Positions 10,179 through 20,860 of a DNA stretch of 64,000 nucleotides are shown piece by piece. The position numbers and the translations under genes are program-made. The stretch's first letter is position 1; each line of letters opens with the position of its first letter. Source of the DNA: a virus (lineage: Duplodnaviria; Caudoviricetes); the IMG/VR virus record IMGVR_UViG_3300029288_000065, positions 96,001 to 160,000 of that record; one strand, 5' to 3'. The notes beneath the pieces were generated by a model, which worked only from the letters and a program-made list of their open reading frames with translations, searched no databases and was not told where the DNA came from.

Positions 10179-10848
10179 CGTTCTTCCCTCATGTAGAAGT
10201 GGTTGTAGCTGACTGCGTTGACTATTTGGTAACCCATTGCTCCAAGGACTGATGCTTCTTCGGCATTTCTGTTTGCATAGGGGCATTCTATCACGAAGAT
10301 TGATGGATATAATTCTTTTTTGTAAAACCACGTAGTACATCTAGTTCGCCGCCTTCAACGTCAATTGACATAACGTCTATTTTGTTTATTCCTTCAATTT
10401 GCGGGTATTCTTCTGGATGGCTGAAAATGTAATCCAAAGTCCGTACTTTCACTTTGACTATTTGTTTACCTTTGTAGATATTTCCTTTGGCTAGATCAGC
10501 TTCGACGTGAGCGTAGGGTTTTAGTGCTGAGGCAGCTTCCATGGTTACTACGCCACCTTCGAAACCTGCCCAATCTGTTGCTACAAGAATTTGGAAATCG
10601 ACGTTGTCAGCAATGTAATTTGCCAGTGCTACTTCTATTACTTTATTTCCTGCGTCTCTGTGCATTTTTGCAAAATGTGGATTGGCTTCAAAACCTACTG
10701 TGTTCCATCCGTTTTCTTTGAAATGTCTTGATTGTGAGATGAAATCTGGTCTTGCTGCTCCAACTTCAATAAATGTTCCTTTGTATGAGTAATCTGGGAA
10801 ATAAGATCTGATAACTGCGTCCGTTTTAAATTCTCCGTAGAAATTCAT
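10175..10848 (-). CDS. FkbM-family methyltransferase, completed only by a -1 frameshift at about 10315-10321
   Basis: FIEVGA, FEANP, IDVMSIDVEGGELDVLRG in frame 0; the -1 frame gives ELYPSIFVIE...LGAMGY...NHFY and stops overlapping the next ATG (ATGA). Confidence 0.8.
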
Positions 10849-10921
10849 TATGTCCTCCTAAGTGTATTTACTATTTATTTTTTAATGAAATTTACGTATT
10901 TTACTTCCAAAGGAGATAATC

Positions 10922-11194
10922 ATGTCAAAACCAGTTTGTGGTGATCCAAAAGAGGATGAGAAAGCTGAAAAGGCATTCAAAGCAATCTTTGATACTTTCT
11001 ATGCTGGTGGTCAATTCAAGACTAGTACTCTAAGAAACTTAACTATCGAGAACTTGAAGATCATGAGAAATATTTCTCGTGATTTTGCACGTGCCGAAGA
11101 ATATATTGTTGTTAGACTAGAACAATCTGACGGAGCTCAAAAAGCCCAAATAAATAGTTTGGAGAAGCGTGTTACGGAGTTGGAAAAGGTTTAA
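10922..11194 (+). CDS. hypothetical coiled-coil protein
   Basis: SD AAGGAG, 90 aa. Confidence 0.6.
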   Translation: MSKPVCGDPKEDEKAEKAFKAIFDTFYAGGQFKTSTLRNLTIENLKIMRNISRDFARAEEYIVVRLEQSDGAQKAQINSLEKRVTELEKV

Positions 11195-11195
11195 C

Positions 11196-11483
11196 ATGCA
11201 ATTTAAAGATGAATTGCGATCTCTTTTAAATAAGTATTCCAAAGAGAATGGATCTAACACACCAGATTGGATATTAGCAGAATATATTGAAGGATGTTTG
11301 GAAGTATTCGATAAGACTCAACAAAAGAGAGCTACATGGTACAATTCATGGTTTAAGAACGAAATATTAGATAGAAGTGGAAAAATACATGGGGTAGATG
11401 AATCGAATGATAACACAAATGGTGTGTTCCCATCTTCCACCGACACGAGAACGATTGATAGAAATCAATACAGTCCTATATAA
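11196..11483 (+). CDS. conserved phage hypothetical protein
   Basis: LLNKYSKENGSNTPDWILAEY motif recurrent in phage proteins. Confidence 0.6.
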   Translation: MQFKDELRSLLNKYSKENGSNTPDWILAEYIEGCLEVFDKTQQKRATWYNSWFKNEILDRSGKIHGVDESNDNTNGVFPSSTDTRTIDRNQYSPI

Positions 11484-12114
11484 TAATATAAATAATAAAT
11501 TTATTGCCAAAATATGTTTATTTGTTGAAGACATAAACCTCCAAAATAGCTCCTGGCCAGAAGCAGAACAAACCAGAAAACTTTGGACAAATCCAAAGAT
11601 CGAAGTAATAAGAACATTCAAAAGACAGACATATCAAGAATTATTTGATTTTGCCAATCATAATATTACTGGCATAACAATGATATCAAATTGTGATATA
11701 TATTATGATAATACACTTGAAAAATTGAATCAGGTTGATTTTTCTAAGTTTGCAGTTTGTCTAAGTAAAATAGAGATAATCGATAAGTTTGGGAAATTGT
11801 TTCGTCTAACACCTGAGATGTGTGGTTTTTCACAGGATACTTGGATTTTTAAGACTCCGATCAAGAAGATGAAGAATGCCAATTTTCATATGGGTGTCCA
11901 AAGATGTGATAATCGCATCTCTTTTGAATTTAAGGAAATAGGATTAATGCCAATTAATCCTGCCAATGATATAAATTCTTATCATTGGCATTTGTCCGCT
12001 GTTAGGACTTACAGGAAGGATATTGACTGTGTTCCTGGTCATGTTTGGATGCTTAGGCCACCTTATGACTTAACTGCGAAGCCAGAATTGATACCAGAAA
12101 AGTACGACGCTTAA
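11398..12114 (+). CDS. GT-A-like glycosyltransferase (paralog of 16897..17547)
   Basis: ISNCDIYYD, SQDTWIF, GVQRCDNRI, SYHWH. Confidence 0.6.
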   Translation: MNRMITQMVCSHLPPTRERLIEINTVLYNNINNKFIAKICLFVEDINLQNSSWPEAEQTRKLWTNPKIEVIRTFKRQTYQELFDFANHNITGITMISNCDIYYDNTLEKLNQVDFSKFAVCLSKIEIIDKFGKLFRLTPEMCGFSQDTWIFKTPIKKMKNANFHMGVQRCDNRISFEFKEIGLMPINPANDINSYHWHLSAVRTYRKDIDCVPGHVWMLRPPYDLTAKPELIPEKYDA

Positions 12115-12124
12115 GGAGAAGAAC

Positions 12125-12601
12125 ATGAAGAGTAATAATGTAATTATTGGTTCGTTGGTTGCGTTTAATGTTTTCGTCTTTGTAATAGCACCAATTACAG
12201 GATGCTCTTCAGGAGATCCGGAGAAGGACAAGCTTAGGAATGATTGTGCCCAATTTCAAAGAGAAATAACCAAGCTGAATGGTTTACTGTCGGCTGAGAA
12301 GACTCCGCAGGTAGAAATGGTGGAGAGGATGGAGAAATTAAATATCCAACACAGGCAGAATCTAGAGAAGTTGAATAATCAACACAAGCAGGAATTGGAT
12401 AAACTTCAAGGAAAAATTGTTCAAATGACAAAGGAGATGAAGGAGAAAGAGATTTATGTTCCGCTGGCTGGTCTGGCGGCAGAATTGAAGGAAATTCGAG
12501 CTGAAAATCAGGCTCAGGCAGCAAACATTCAGAAACTTTTTCAACTTTGTGATAATTTGGAGAAAACCAAGTCTGAGAGAGGTCATTACAAGGGTGATTA
12601 A
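12125..12601 (+). CDS. putative lipoprotein/membrane-anchored coiled-coil protein
   Basis: hydrophobic N-terminus ending ITGC, long heptad region; SD AAGGAG. Confidence 0.55.
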   Translation: MKSNNVIIGSLVAFNVFVFVIAPITGCSSGDPEKDKLRNDCAQFQREITKLNGLLSAEKTPQVEMVERMEKLNIQHRQNLEKLNNQHKQELDKLQGKIVQMTKEMKEKEIYVPLAGLAAELKEIRAENQAQAANIQKLFQLCDNLEKTKSERGHYKGD

Positions 12602-12603
12602 CA

Positions 12604-12699
12604 GTGAAAGGGTTATGGATAAAAATCCGATGTTTGTTTGGATACCATGAATATGTTCGTGGATTGGGATTATGTCGACATTGTTGGAAGAGACTATAG
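12604..12699 (+). CDS. tiny Zn-finger-like peptide (DUF1660-like), 31 aa
   Basis: GTG-start MKGLWIKIRCLFGYHEYVRGLGLCRHCWKRL; C-x3-4-H...CxxC; below the ORF-track cutoff. Confidence 0.45.
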   Translation: MKGLWIKIRCLFGYHEYVRGLGLCRHCWKRL

Positions 12700-13482
12700 A
12701 GGAATTAGAAAGTTCGATAAATAAACCCAATTTGGAACTATGTCATAATTTTCCTGACCTATAAAATGCTTTACACATTCGGGATGCGACCCATAAAAAT
12801 TAGGATGTTGCTTGCACCAATTTATAGCATTAAGTCGTTGTTCAGGTGTTTGAGCATGTCCCAAATATAGTTTAAAGTGATTTACAGATTTCGCAGCGAC
12901 CTGATTACAAAAACAATAACTGTATCTGTGTATAGTGCCACCCTCCAGAGGCCATATAGCAAAATTGTTGCCAGGAGGAACCCAACAACCATCACCGTGA
13001 TCAAGCCCTTTTTGTTCTCTTGAATAGATTCTAGGAGCTTCCCCATAACCATACCCCTGACCACCGTCAAAATTGAAATTTCCCCAGAAATGCCTGAACT
13101 TAAATGCAAGAGGACGAGCACCTATTAAAATATTTGGATAACAATCTTCACATAAAATCTCATTCGCCTGAAGATTTAGAACAAAGGGGGTGGAACATTG
13201 ACTGAGTAATTCTTGGGTAGCAAGACCAATTGCCGTACCACCAGTTTCAGGCTGCCACCTTCCTTTTACAAAAGTAATTGGGGCATATTTTGATAGAGTT
13301 TTAAACACTTCCATTGTTGAGTCGGTACACCCGTAGTCACCAACCAGAAAATTGCAACCAAGCGGCATTGCAGACACGAATGATTCAATAAATGGGTAAA
13401 AAAGTGAGACCAGATTATGAGCAACAATTATAATGGTTAGATTTTTGTTTTCTTTGGATTGTGTCCATTTTATTTTGTGCAT
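12694..13482 (-). CDS. GT2-like glycosyltransferase
   Basis: VGDYGCTDST, LNLQANE (DxD-like position), IHRYSY. Confidence 0.6.
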   Translation of the reverse strand: MHKIKWTQSKENKNLTIIIVAHNLVSLFYPFIESFVSAMPLGCNFLVGDYGCTDSTMEVFKTLSKYAPITFVKGRWQPETGGTAIGLATQELLSQCSTPFVLNLQANEILCEDCYPNILIGARPLAFKFRHFWGNFNFDGGQGYGYGEAPRIYSREQKGLDHGDGCWVPPGNNFAIWPLEGGTIHRYSYCFCNQVAAKSVNHFKLYLGHAQTPEQRLNAINWCKQHPNFYGSHPECVKHFIGQENYDIVPNWVYLSNFLIPL

Positions 13483-14255
13483 AATTTCTCTCTTAGAGTA
13501 GCTGCCAGCTGGTCGTAATTCTGTACAACCAAAGCTGCATTATCCCAGATCTTATATGGATAATTAAATCCAAAAAAGATCCTCAACTTTCCTAAATTAT
13601 GTTTTGTGTAAGTACAGGCATTTACACCACTTGCTTGGGTAATAAAGGCGACGCATTTATTGCTCAAGTCCGATAATTGTAATAGATTAAATTTTGAACC
13701 ATCGTGAACGTTTCTCATTGAAACGCCTGGAAGATGTGAACATAAGTATTGAAATTGTGGAAATTCAGTAGCTAATTTTCCAATATAGTATCCTATTCCA
13801 TGATTACATTGGCCAGACCAAGCTGGACCATTCTCAACAAGTATAGTATTTGGAGCAAGTTGTAATCCAAGATCTCGTAGATTTAATACGGCTTCCTCTG
13901 GTTTTGTTGGAAGGTCTAGAAAGTTGTGTGTGTTATGATAATGCATTTGTCGATTTATTGTGTGGATTTGGTTGGTTGGAGATAATCCATAATACCCAAG
14001 TATGTCCGAGAATGTTCCAAACCAGGTTTGGAAGAATTCATAACCAGGTGGGCATTGTGGTGTTGGATTTAATAAACTATAATCTTGTTGAGCTTCGAAA
14101 ATTTTTAACCCATAATCTGCCCAGAGATATTGCATTGGGGCTCGACATTGAAGTAACATTTCTGCGTGTGGATATTTTCTTCTAAACGCATCAATTATAA
14201 CTCTGGTTAAGAGTACATCTCCGTAGTGTAGACTATTATTTATGAAGATTTTCAT
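13470..14255 (-). CDS. GT9-like glycosyltransferase
   Basis: LHYGDVLLTR..RRKYP; ITQASG. Confidence 0.55.
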   Translation of the reverse strand: MKIFINNSLHYGDVLLTRVIIDAFRRKYPHAEMLLQCRAPMQYLWADYGLKIFEAQQDYSLLNPTPQCPPGYEFFQTWFGTFSDILGYYGLSPTNQIHTINRQMHYHNTHNFLDLPTKPEEAVLNLRDLGLQLAPNTILVENGPAWSGQCNHGIGYYIGKLATEFPQFQYLCSHLPGVSMRNVHDGSKFNLLQLSDLSNKCVAFITQASGVNACTYTKHNLGKLRIFFGFNYPYKIWDNAALVVQNYDQLAATLREKLCTK

Positions 14256-14283
14256 CGGTGTTCCTCTCTGGATATATATTTTT

Positions 14284-15129
14284 ATGCAGATCCTTTGTTT
14301 CGGTCACCATGGTCAAACAGGATATTACTTGGAGAAACATTGTCAAACTCTTGGCCACAAATTCTTCGGAGCATCAAGAAGAGATGGCCATTTCCGTGGT
14401 GATATAAAAGACCCAGTTTTTGTCGCTGAGGTAATCTTAAAATCAAAACCAAACATTATCTTTAACCTGGCAGCCAGAAGTTCTATACAACATAAGTATA
14501 TTCAAGAATATTACGACACGATTGTAATGGGAAACCTAAATATTTTATCCAGTGTTTACGAATATGACCCAAACATAAAAGTTTTTGTTACTGGTAGTGG
14601 GTTACAATTCAAGAATGAAGATAAACCAATCTCAGCAAATGATCCTTTCGATGCCAGAGATGCTTATTCAGCAGCCCGTATAGCGGCTGCTTACCAAGCC
14701 AGATACTTTAGAAAGCAAGGATTGAAAATATACATTGGTTATCTTTTCCATCACGAGAGTAAGTTCAGAAATGATTCTTGTATTAGTAAGAGAATATTAC
14801 ATGCAGCTCAGAAAGGTGAGAAATTGGGTATTGGTGATATAAATGCCGCAAAGGAATGGGGATTTGCTGGAGATATTGCCAAAGGTATTTGGACGTTGGT
14901 AAATCAGGACGAAATCTTTGAAGCAACTATAGGAACTGGTGTCGCTCATCAAATAAGAGAATGGTTTGATGTGTGTTATAGTCATTTTGGACTTGACTGG
15001 CAGAAGTATCATGAACAAATTGCTTTTAATCGGGATTTTAAAATTCTTGTTTCAGATCCAACTATAATGAAGTCACTTGGTTGGTCATGTGAATCAAATT
15101 TAAAACGTCTTCTTGGTCAGATGATTTAG
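14284..15129 (+). CDS. Gmd-family SDR (divergent GDP-sugar dehydratase/reductase)
   Basis: GHHGQTG, IFNLAARSS, YSAAR, LFHHES, KEWGFAGD. Confidence 0.8.
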   Translation: MQILCFGHHGQTGYYLEKHCQTLGHKFFGASRRDGHFRGDIKDPVFVAEVILKSKPNIIFNLAARSSIQHKYIQEYYDTIVMGNLNILSSVYEYDPNIKVFVTGSGLQFKNEDKPISANDPFDARDAYSAARIAAAYQARYFRKQGLKIYIGYLFHHESKFRNDSCISKRILHAAQKGEKLGIGDINAAKEWGFAGDIAKGIWTLVNQDEIFEATIGTGVAHQIREWFDVCYSHFGLDWQKYHEQIAFNRDFKILVSDPTIMKSLGWSCESNLKRLLGQMI

Positions 15130-15136
15130 GAGAATC

Positions 15137-15898
15137 ATGACTGAATTTGAAAAAATTCTAGATGAGAAATTATTTTACCAGGATGATATAGGTAATTTAA
15201 ATAAAATTCTTGATACAAACATTTTTGTTATTTCATTACCAAAATGTGGTACTACATCTATCCGTGAAGGATTTAAAAATCTAAACTTTAGGGTTATTCA
15301 TTGCCATATCAATAGTTCAACATTTAATAATATCTCCAATGGAGACATTTTAAAGGAAAATAATTGGGGTATGGAACATTTTGTAAAGTATAGATTAGAA
15401 TCGAAACCAGATGAAATTACAATATTTTCAGGTTTTAGAGATCCAGTAACATGGTATATGAGTATGGCTTTCTTCTGTAATAACATCCCACAAGATTCAC
15501 ATAACTTTTTGAAAAACTTATATTCTGAACCACCATGGTCAACGTATAATTTTAGAGAACATTTTGATTTAATAAAGAATATTACTGGAATTAACATATT
15601 TGAATATGAGTTTGATAGAGAATCTGGTTTTTTAATTTTAAAGAAAGATAGAATTAATCTTATAATATATAGATTTGATAAGTTAAAATCTTTGGAAACT
15701 TATATAAAAACATTATTCCCAGATTTCAATTTACCACTTTGTCGATTTACAATAGACCCAAGATATAAAGAATTCAAGAATAATTTCAAAGTCAGCATCC
15801 CTGATTTTGAGAAATTAGATAATGACCCTTATACAAAGTATTTCTTTGGAAATACTTTCAGAGAAAAGATTTCTGAATTTATCTCATCTCCCGTTTAG
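15137..15898 (+). CDS. sulfotransferase-fold capsular polysaccharide synthesis-like protein
   Basis: [12 protein letters not shown] (PAPS loop) and FRDPV motif. Confidence 0.65.
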   Translation: MTEFEKILDEKLFYQDDIGNLNKILDTNIFVISLPKCGTTSIREGFKNLNFRVIHCHINSSTFNNISNGDILKENNWGMEHFVKYRLESKPDEITIFSGFRDPVTWYMSMAFFCNNIPQDSHNFLKNLYSEPPWSTYNFREHFDLIKNITGINIFEYEFDRESGFLILKKDRINLIIYRFDKLKSLETYIKTLFPDFNLPLCRFTIDPRYKEFKNNFKVSIPDFEKLDNDPYTKYFFGNTFREKISEFISSPV

Positions 15899-16853
15899 CA
15901 AGTTTTAAATCAAAATCAACCATCCTGGAAACCAACTTCTTAAAACTAATTTTTGGAACCCAACCCAGTTGTTCTTTGGCCTTTGTTGGATTCCCCATTA
16001 AAAGATCAACTTCAGTCGGACGTTTATACTTCTCATCAATAACAACAAATTTCTGCCAATCAAGATTTAAATAATTAAAAGTCTCAGTAAGAAAATCTCT
16101 TATTGAATGTGTCTCGCCCGTTGCAACAACATAATCATCTGGGTGATCATGCTGGAGCATCATCCACATAGCTCTTACATAATCTTCAGAATCACCCCAG
16201 TCACGTTTTGCATCCAAATTACCCAAACGAAGATCTTTCTGTTGTCCTAAAAGTATTCGAGTAGCTGCTCTAGTAATCTTCCTAGTTACAAAAGTTTCAC
16301 CACGATATATTCCCTCATGGTTAAACAATATTCCATTACAGGCGAATAAATTATAAGCTTCACGATAATTAACTGTTAGATAAAAACCTGCGACCTTGGC
16401 ACAAGCATATGGACTCCGTGGGTAAAATGGGGTCTTCTCAGTCTGTGGTGTTTCTACAACTTTTCCAAACATCTCTGAACTTGCTGCATTATAAAATTTA
16501 ACAGGTTTGACTTTGTTCAATCTCCTAACTGCTTCAAGGAGTCGTAAGGTCCCTGTTGCAACTATATCAAAGGTATATTCTGGTATCTCGAACGATACTT
16601 TCACATGAGATTGAGCACCGAGATGGTACACCTCATCGGGTAATACATTAATTAAGATATCATTTAGACTATTTGAATCATGGAGATCTCCATAATGGAG
16701 GTGTAATTTATCGAAAATCTCATCAATTCTTGCTGTATTGAATGAAGAAGATCTTCGAATTATTCCATGAACTTCATATCCTTTCTCAAGAAGTAGTCTA
16801 CAAAGATTGGCCCCGTCTTGTCCTGTTATTCCTGTAATTAGTGCTATTGGCAT
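15879..16853 (-). CDS. gmd: GDP-mannose 4,6-dehydratase
   Basis: [54 protein letters not shown]; SD AAGGAG. Confidence 0.97.
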   Translation of the reverse strand: MPIALITGITGQDGANLCRLLLEKGYEVHGIIRRSSSFNTARIDEIFDKLHLHYGDLHDSNSLNDILINVLPDEVYHLGAQSHVKVSFEIPEYTFDIVATGTLRLLEAVRRLNKVKPVKFYNAASSEMFGKVVETPQTEKTPFYPRSPYACAKVAGFYLTVNYREAYNLFACNGILFNHEGIYRGETFVTRKITRAATRILLGQQKDLRLGNLDAKRDWGDSEDYVRAMWMMLQHDHPDDYVVATGETHSIRDFLTETFNYLNLDWQKFVVIDEKYKRPTEVDLLMGNPTKAKEQLGWVPKISFKKLVSRMVDFDLKLAKREMR

Positions 16854-16896
16854 TGTTGCTCCTTTATTATTATATTTATCAAAAAATATATATTGT

Positions 16897-17547
16897 ATGA
16901 TACTTCTAGTTGGCGGGCACATTCCAAAATCCCAAGATCGACAAAAAGAATATGAATACTGCCTCTGGAAAAACCTTGAAAATCCAATAATTCAGAAAAT
17001 ATATCTATTCGTTGAAGATACCATTGAAGACTACATTAAACAGACCAACCCAGAATTACTTAAATGTGAAAAATTAAAAATCATAAAACATGGGAAGAGA
17101 GTCACTTTCCTGGATTTCTTTACATTTGCAAATACTGAGTTCGAAGTCGGGACATTGGTATCAATATGCAATGCTGATATATTCCTCGATACCACATTGA
17201 GTAACTTATCAGGATTTGACATGACTGGGGTATTTATAGTCTTAAGTAGAGCTTTTGATGTAACAGGTGGCCCCATAGTAGAATGTGATCCACAAAGATG
17301 GTGTGATTCCCAAGATACTTGGATTATAAAAGTACCGTGTACCATTACAAATTGTAATTTTGGTTTGGGAATCCGTGGGTGCGATAATAGAATGATTACT
17401 GAAGCTAGGCTAGCTGGTTACAGAGTTATTGATCCAGTTACAGTAGTTAAGAGTTACCATGTCCATGCTAGTCAATATAGAACATATGATAGTATTGAGC
17501 CAATTCCAGGGCCTTATCAGCATTGTTTTGATTATATTCTAAAATAA
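16897..17547 (+). CDS. GT-A-like glycosyltransferase (paralog of 11398..12114)
   Basis: [30 protein letters not shown]. Confidence 0.6.
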   Translation: MILLVGGHIPKSQDRQKEYEYCLWKNLENPIIQKIYLFVEDTIEDYIKQTNPELLKCEKLKIIKHGKRVTFLDFFTFANTEFEVGTLVSICNADIFLDTTLSNLSGFDMTGVFIVLSRAFDVTGGPIVECDPQRWCDSQDTWIIKVPCTITNCNFGLGIRGCDNRMITEARLAGYRVIDPVTVVKSYHVHASQYRTYDSIEPIPGPYQHCFDYILK

Positions 17548-17567
17548 AAGATATCTTGAGGTGGAAA

Positions 17568-18560
17568 ATGGGTCTTTCTTGTGCACGACCAGGCGACTTT
17601 GATGGAAATCCTTACGAAACCGTAGGAGCAAACACATTATTTTGGAAACCAGGACATACACAACTGGTTTGTACATGGAGTATTTCAGCGGCATTGAAAG
17701 ACAAAACCTATAAATGGTTGTTTTATGTTGATGGAGTGGTTATTGATCGTAATGCCACTTCTCCAAAAGTCCTAACAGTAGTCCAAAATTACATTCCAAA
17801 GATTACTGCGGTAGCCATTCCTCCAGCAGTTGATTACGATAATGCCTATGATCCTCTTTGTGGTGGCCAGGAAGCCAATATCTTAACCTTTTGGGATTCC
17901 GGTTTGATAAACAATCCTTGTAATGCGATTTTGTCACCTTTGGATTGTAAAATAAAAGTCTACTTCAGGCGTTCTGCTTATTACTATTATCATCTCATTA
18001 TAAATGATGTTTTGGTTGATACAGATTCTCATTCTGGGGATGAATATAATTTTGGTACTGGTGTCTGTAGTGCTTTCCCGACAATTATTTTGGTCCCATT
18101 ACCAGCCAAGTCATCTGATATGTTGTCGTGGGGTGTAGAGTTTTGGAATTTATATGAGAATCGGATTTGTCCTGATGTGTTACTTCCCGAGTATGGGTAT
18201 GTTGCTCAGGAGTTTCCTTTGCAGGAGCAGGTTCTGGATAAAGTTAAGAAGAATTATATTAGTGTTTCAGATAAGCAGAGAGGTTTGACTGTTCCTCAGT
18301 CTGGTGAGAATATTACTGTTGCTCCGAGGCAGGCGTTGGTCAATGGTGTAGTTGTTACGAAGCCAGCTACGAAGAAAATGTGTAAGGGTGCTCAAGATTA
18401 TAGGTATGCTACTCAATTTGATAAGACCAAGTTTTACTCAATTTATGATATTACAAAGTTTACTGACCATATTCCGTGTGAGACTAAGGATTTGGCAAAG
18501 GGTACTGCTACGCAAATAAATACTCTTGATGAGACAATTCCAACCGATTTGGTGGAATAG
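17568..18560 (+). CDS. hypothetical (possible virion) protein
   Basis: about 330-aa beta-rich ORF. Confidence 0.55.
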   Translation: MGLSCARPGDFDGNPYETVGANTLFWKPGHTQLVCTWSISAALKDKTYKWLFYVDGVVIDRNATSPKVLTVVQNYIPKITAVAIPPAVDYDNAYDPLCGGQEANILTFWDSGLINNPCNAILSPLDCKIKVYFRRSAYYYYHLIINDVLVDTDSHSGDEYNFGTGVCSAFPTIILVPLPAKSSDMLSWGVEFWNLYENRICPDVLLPEYGYVAQEFPLQEQVLDKVKKNYISVSDKQRGLTVPQSGENITVAPRQALVNGVVVTKPATKKMCKGAQDYRYATQFDKTKFYSIYDITKFTDHIPCETKDLAKGTATQINTLDETIPTDLVE

Positions 18561-18562
18561 TC

Positions 18563-18814
18563 ATGCATGTTGTTGAGATAAAGAACCTTGGCCAAAAGTC
18601 AGTCTCGATTTTAATTTATGAACGTCCAAAGAGTCCAATTTTCCCTGGATATGGTCTAGTGAAGTTATCCAGAATGGGGTCTATTGTTGTTGAGTATGAT
18701 AGGGTTGATCTTGAGATATTATTAAAGAAAAAGAATATCCGGATTTGGCACTCAACCAGGTATGTTCCGCCTGCTGGTAGGGAATTGTACGTAACTAGTA
18801 GCAAAAATACCTAG
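18563..18814 (+). CDS. hypothetical protein
   Basis: 83-aa ORF coupled to neighbours. Confidence 0.55.
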   Translation: MHVVEIKNLGQKSVSILIYERPKSPIFPGYGLVKLSRMGSIVVEYDRVDLEILLKKKNIRIWHSTRYVPPAGRELYVTSSKNT

Positions 18815-18823
18815 GAGGCTTCC

Positions 18824-19525
18824 ATGACCATAAATGAGAAGTTGGATAGAATATTCACAGAAGAAGATCAAATAGACTTGGGAGGGATATTACCAGGAAT
18901 GAAGAAAAAAGGACCACCTCCTGTTGAAGAAGAAGAACCTCTGGACCCAAATCTCCCATCAAAAAATCAAGCCTCAGGAGATATCTCAACTTCAACCGCC
19001 CCAGAACCAGAAGCATTCCCAGAACTTGGTGACTCAACATTAGATAAACCAGAACAGGTACCACCATTGGCTGCAGATGAACCAGAAGCTGACGTAGCAG
19101 CACAGACCCCAGAAAAATTGGAATATTCCAAAGTAGCAGAAGCACTAACAACTGTAAATTCACAATTAAAATCAATGTTTGGTGAAGTAAAGGAAAATGA
19201 CGTCGTTGATGATAATACTGTAATTCCAGAATGGACTCAGCTTGGTTCAAAGCTTGGGATTGATGATGAGAGAGTTACCCAAGCATATCCTACAATTGGT
19301 GAACAATGGAATGCGTTGGGTGCTTTTGGCAAGCAATTTTTAATTTCTTTGAATGTTTTGGCGTCGAATGCTGGGAAAATTATTAGTGGTGGTATTAAGG
19401 GTCCTCCTGAACCTGAATCAACTCCCGAAGCTGTACCAGGAGCTGAAGAAGAGATTACGCCTGAGGATTTACCAAAGCCAAAGGGCTTGCAGCTTCCACA
19501 GCTTCCGCCTTTGACATTGAAATAG
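18824..19525 (+). CDS. acidic Pro-rich hypothetical protein
   Basis: SD AGGAGG; E/P-rich. Confidence 0.65.
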   Translation: MTINEKLDRIFTEEDQIDLGGILPGMKKKGPPPVEEEEPLDPNLPSKNQASGDISTSTAPEPEAFPELGDSTLDKPEQVPPLAADEPEADVAAQTPEKLEYSKVAEALTTVNSQLKSMFGEVKENDVVDDNTVIPEWTQLGSKLGIDDERVTQAYPTIGEQWNALGAFGKQFLISLNVLASNAGKIISGGIKGPPEPESTPEAVPGAEEEITPEDLPKPKGLQLPQLPPLTLK

Positions 19526-19534
19526 GAGTAATTT

Positions 19535-20860
19535 GTGGATATACTATCCAGGCTTAGAAGACTTCGTACAAGTCTTTCTGATATGACCAATGATTGGCGT
19601 TCAACTATGAATATAAAGTCCCCAGAGGAAGTATCCCCAGAAGAAGGTGAGGATGTGGACCTTAGTGACGAAAATTTAACTATGGGTCCTAAAGATATTC
19701 CTGAGGAACCGCCACCAGCTTTTGAAGAACCCACCGAACCTCCAGAAGATGTTGCTGATATTCCAGAAACTCCAGAAGAACCCAAAGATGACGTCGGAGA
19801 TATAGCTTCTGACGAAGAGAAGCCCAAGAAGCGCGTTTGGGAACCTATCACCCCTCCAGACAACGATATGAAGAGCTTAAGCTTTAGGAGTGACAAGGAA
19901 GGTATTTTCCTTGACATGAAGAGAATGGATATAGTTAGTGGTCTTTGGATAGCCAGATTATATAAGGATGGTAAGATTCTGGATTATGGTCAGATAATAA
20001 TTCCTAAAGATATCAGGGACCCCATTACCTATATCATGGAATTGGGTAATGCTATGTTGGATAATAGGTCGATGAGGTATGAGCAGGAGTGGCGAGCTTT
20101 CTATGATTCTAAGCGGAGGGAGAAGGAAGGGTCACAGAAGGCCAAGATTACTCCTGAGGCTGATGAGTTGAAGGCTGGTGAACCTTCTAAGAAGGAGCCA
20201 GAGGCTGAAGTTCCAGAAGTTCCTGAGGCAGGTCCTGAGGTTGGTCCAGCTCCTGGTGGTGATGAAGGATTGGATGATCTCTTCGGCGGTGGTACGCCAG
20301 CTGAGGAGGGTTCTGAAGAAGCTGAGATGGGCGAAGGGTTATTGGATGAACTTCTTGGTAAGGGAGAGATGGAAGGACCTGCTGAGTCAATTGAAATAAA
20401 TGCTGATGTTATTGTTGAGGAGACTGTTGACGTAATATGCGAGACTGATTTTGACGACAAGATTATTACTACTGCTATAGCTGTCTTTCGAGAAGGTGAG
20501 AATGGTAAGGAAGTTCTGTTAGGTCAGCGGAAGTCTGAGCCGGCTGCTGGTCAGTGGGCTATGCCTGGTGGTCATGAGAAGGAAGGCGAGACTCCTGAAG
20601 AGACTGCTCGGAGGGAGCTTCAAGAAGAGACAGGTATTGAGTCTGATAAGCTTACTTTGATTGCTATGCGTCCTGGTGATCAAAATCGCCGAAAAAGAGA
20701 TTATGTTTTTGCTACTGTTGTTGATTCTGATGTTGTTCCGAAGCCAAGTAGTGATTGTGGTGCTTTGAGGTGGGTGCCTGTTACGAAGTTGCCGCCTTTG
20801 GCTTTTCAGGACGATGAGTATATTTTGCAGTCTTTAAAGGAGATGTTTGTCGACAGTTAA
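19535..20860 (+). CDS. acidic low-complexity protein with C-terminal Nudix hydrolase
   Basis: Nudix box GGHEKEGETPEETARRELQEETGI; E/P/D-rich linkers. Confidence 0.85.
   Translation: MDILSRLRRLRTSLSDMTNDWRSTMNIKSPEEVSPEEGEDVDLSDENLTMGPKDIPEEPPPAFEEPTEPPEDVADIPETPEEPKDDVGDIASDEEKPKKRVWEPITPPDNDMKSLSFRSDKEGIFLDMKRMDIVSGLWIARLYKDGKILDYGQIIIPKDIRDPITYIMELGNAMLDNRSMRYEQEWRAFYDSKRREKEGSQKAKITPEADELKAGEPSKKEPEAEVPEVPEAGPEVGPAPGGDEGLDDLFGGGTPAEEGSEEAEMGEGLLDELLGKGEMEGPAESIEINADVIVEETVDVICETDFDDKIITTAIAVFREGENGKEVLLGQRKSEPAAGQWAMPGGHEKEGETPEETARRELQEETGIESDKLTLIAMRPGDQNRRKRDYVFATVVDSDVVPKPSSDCGALRWVPVTKLPPLAFQDDEYILQSLKEMFVDS

Noticed and set aside
3781-17547. Bacterial LPS/capsule locus
   Set aside because: Mixed orientations, interspersed phage-type ORFs, and no Wzx/Wzy/ABC export genes or housekeeping context.
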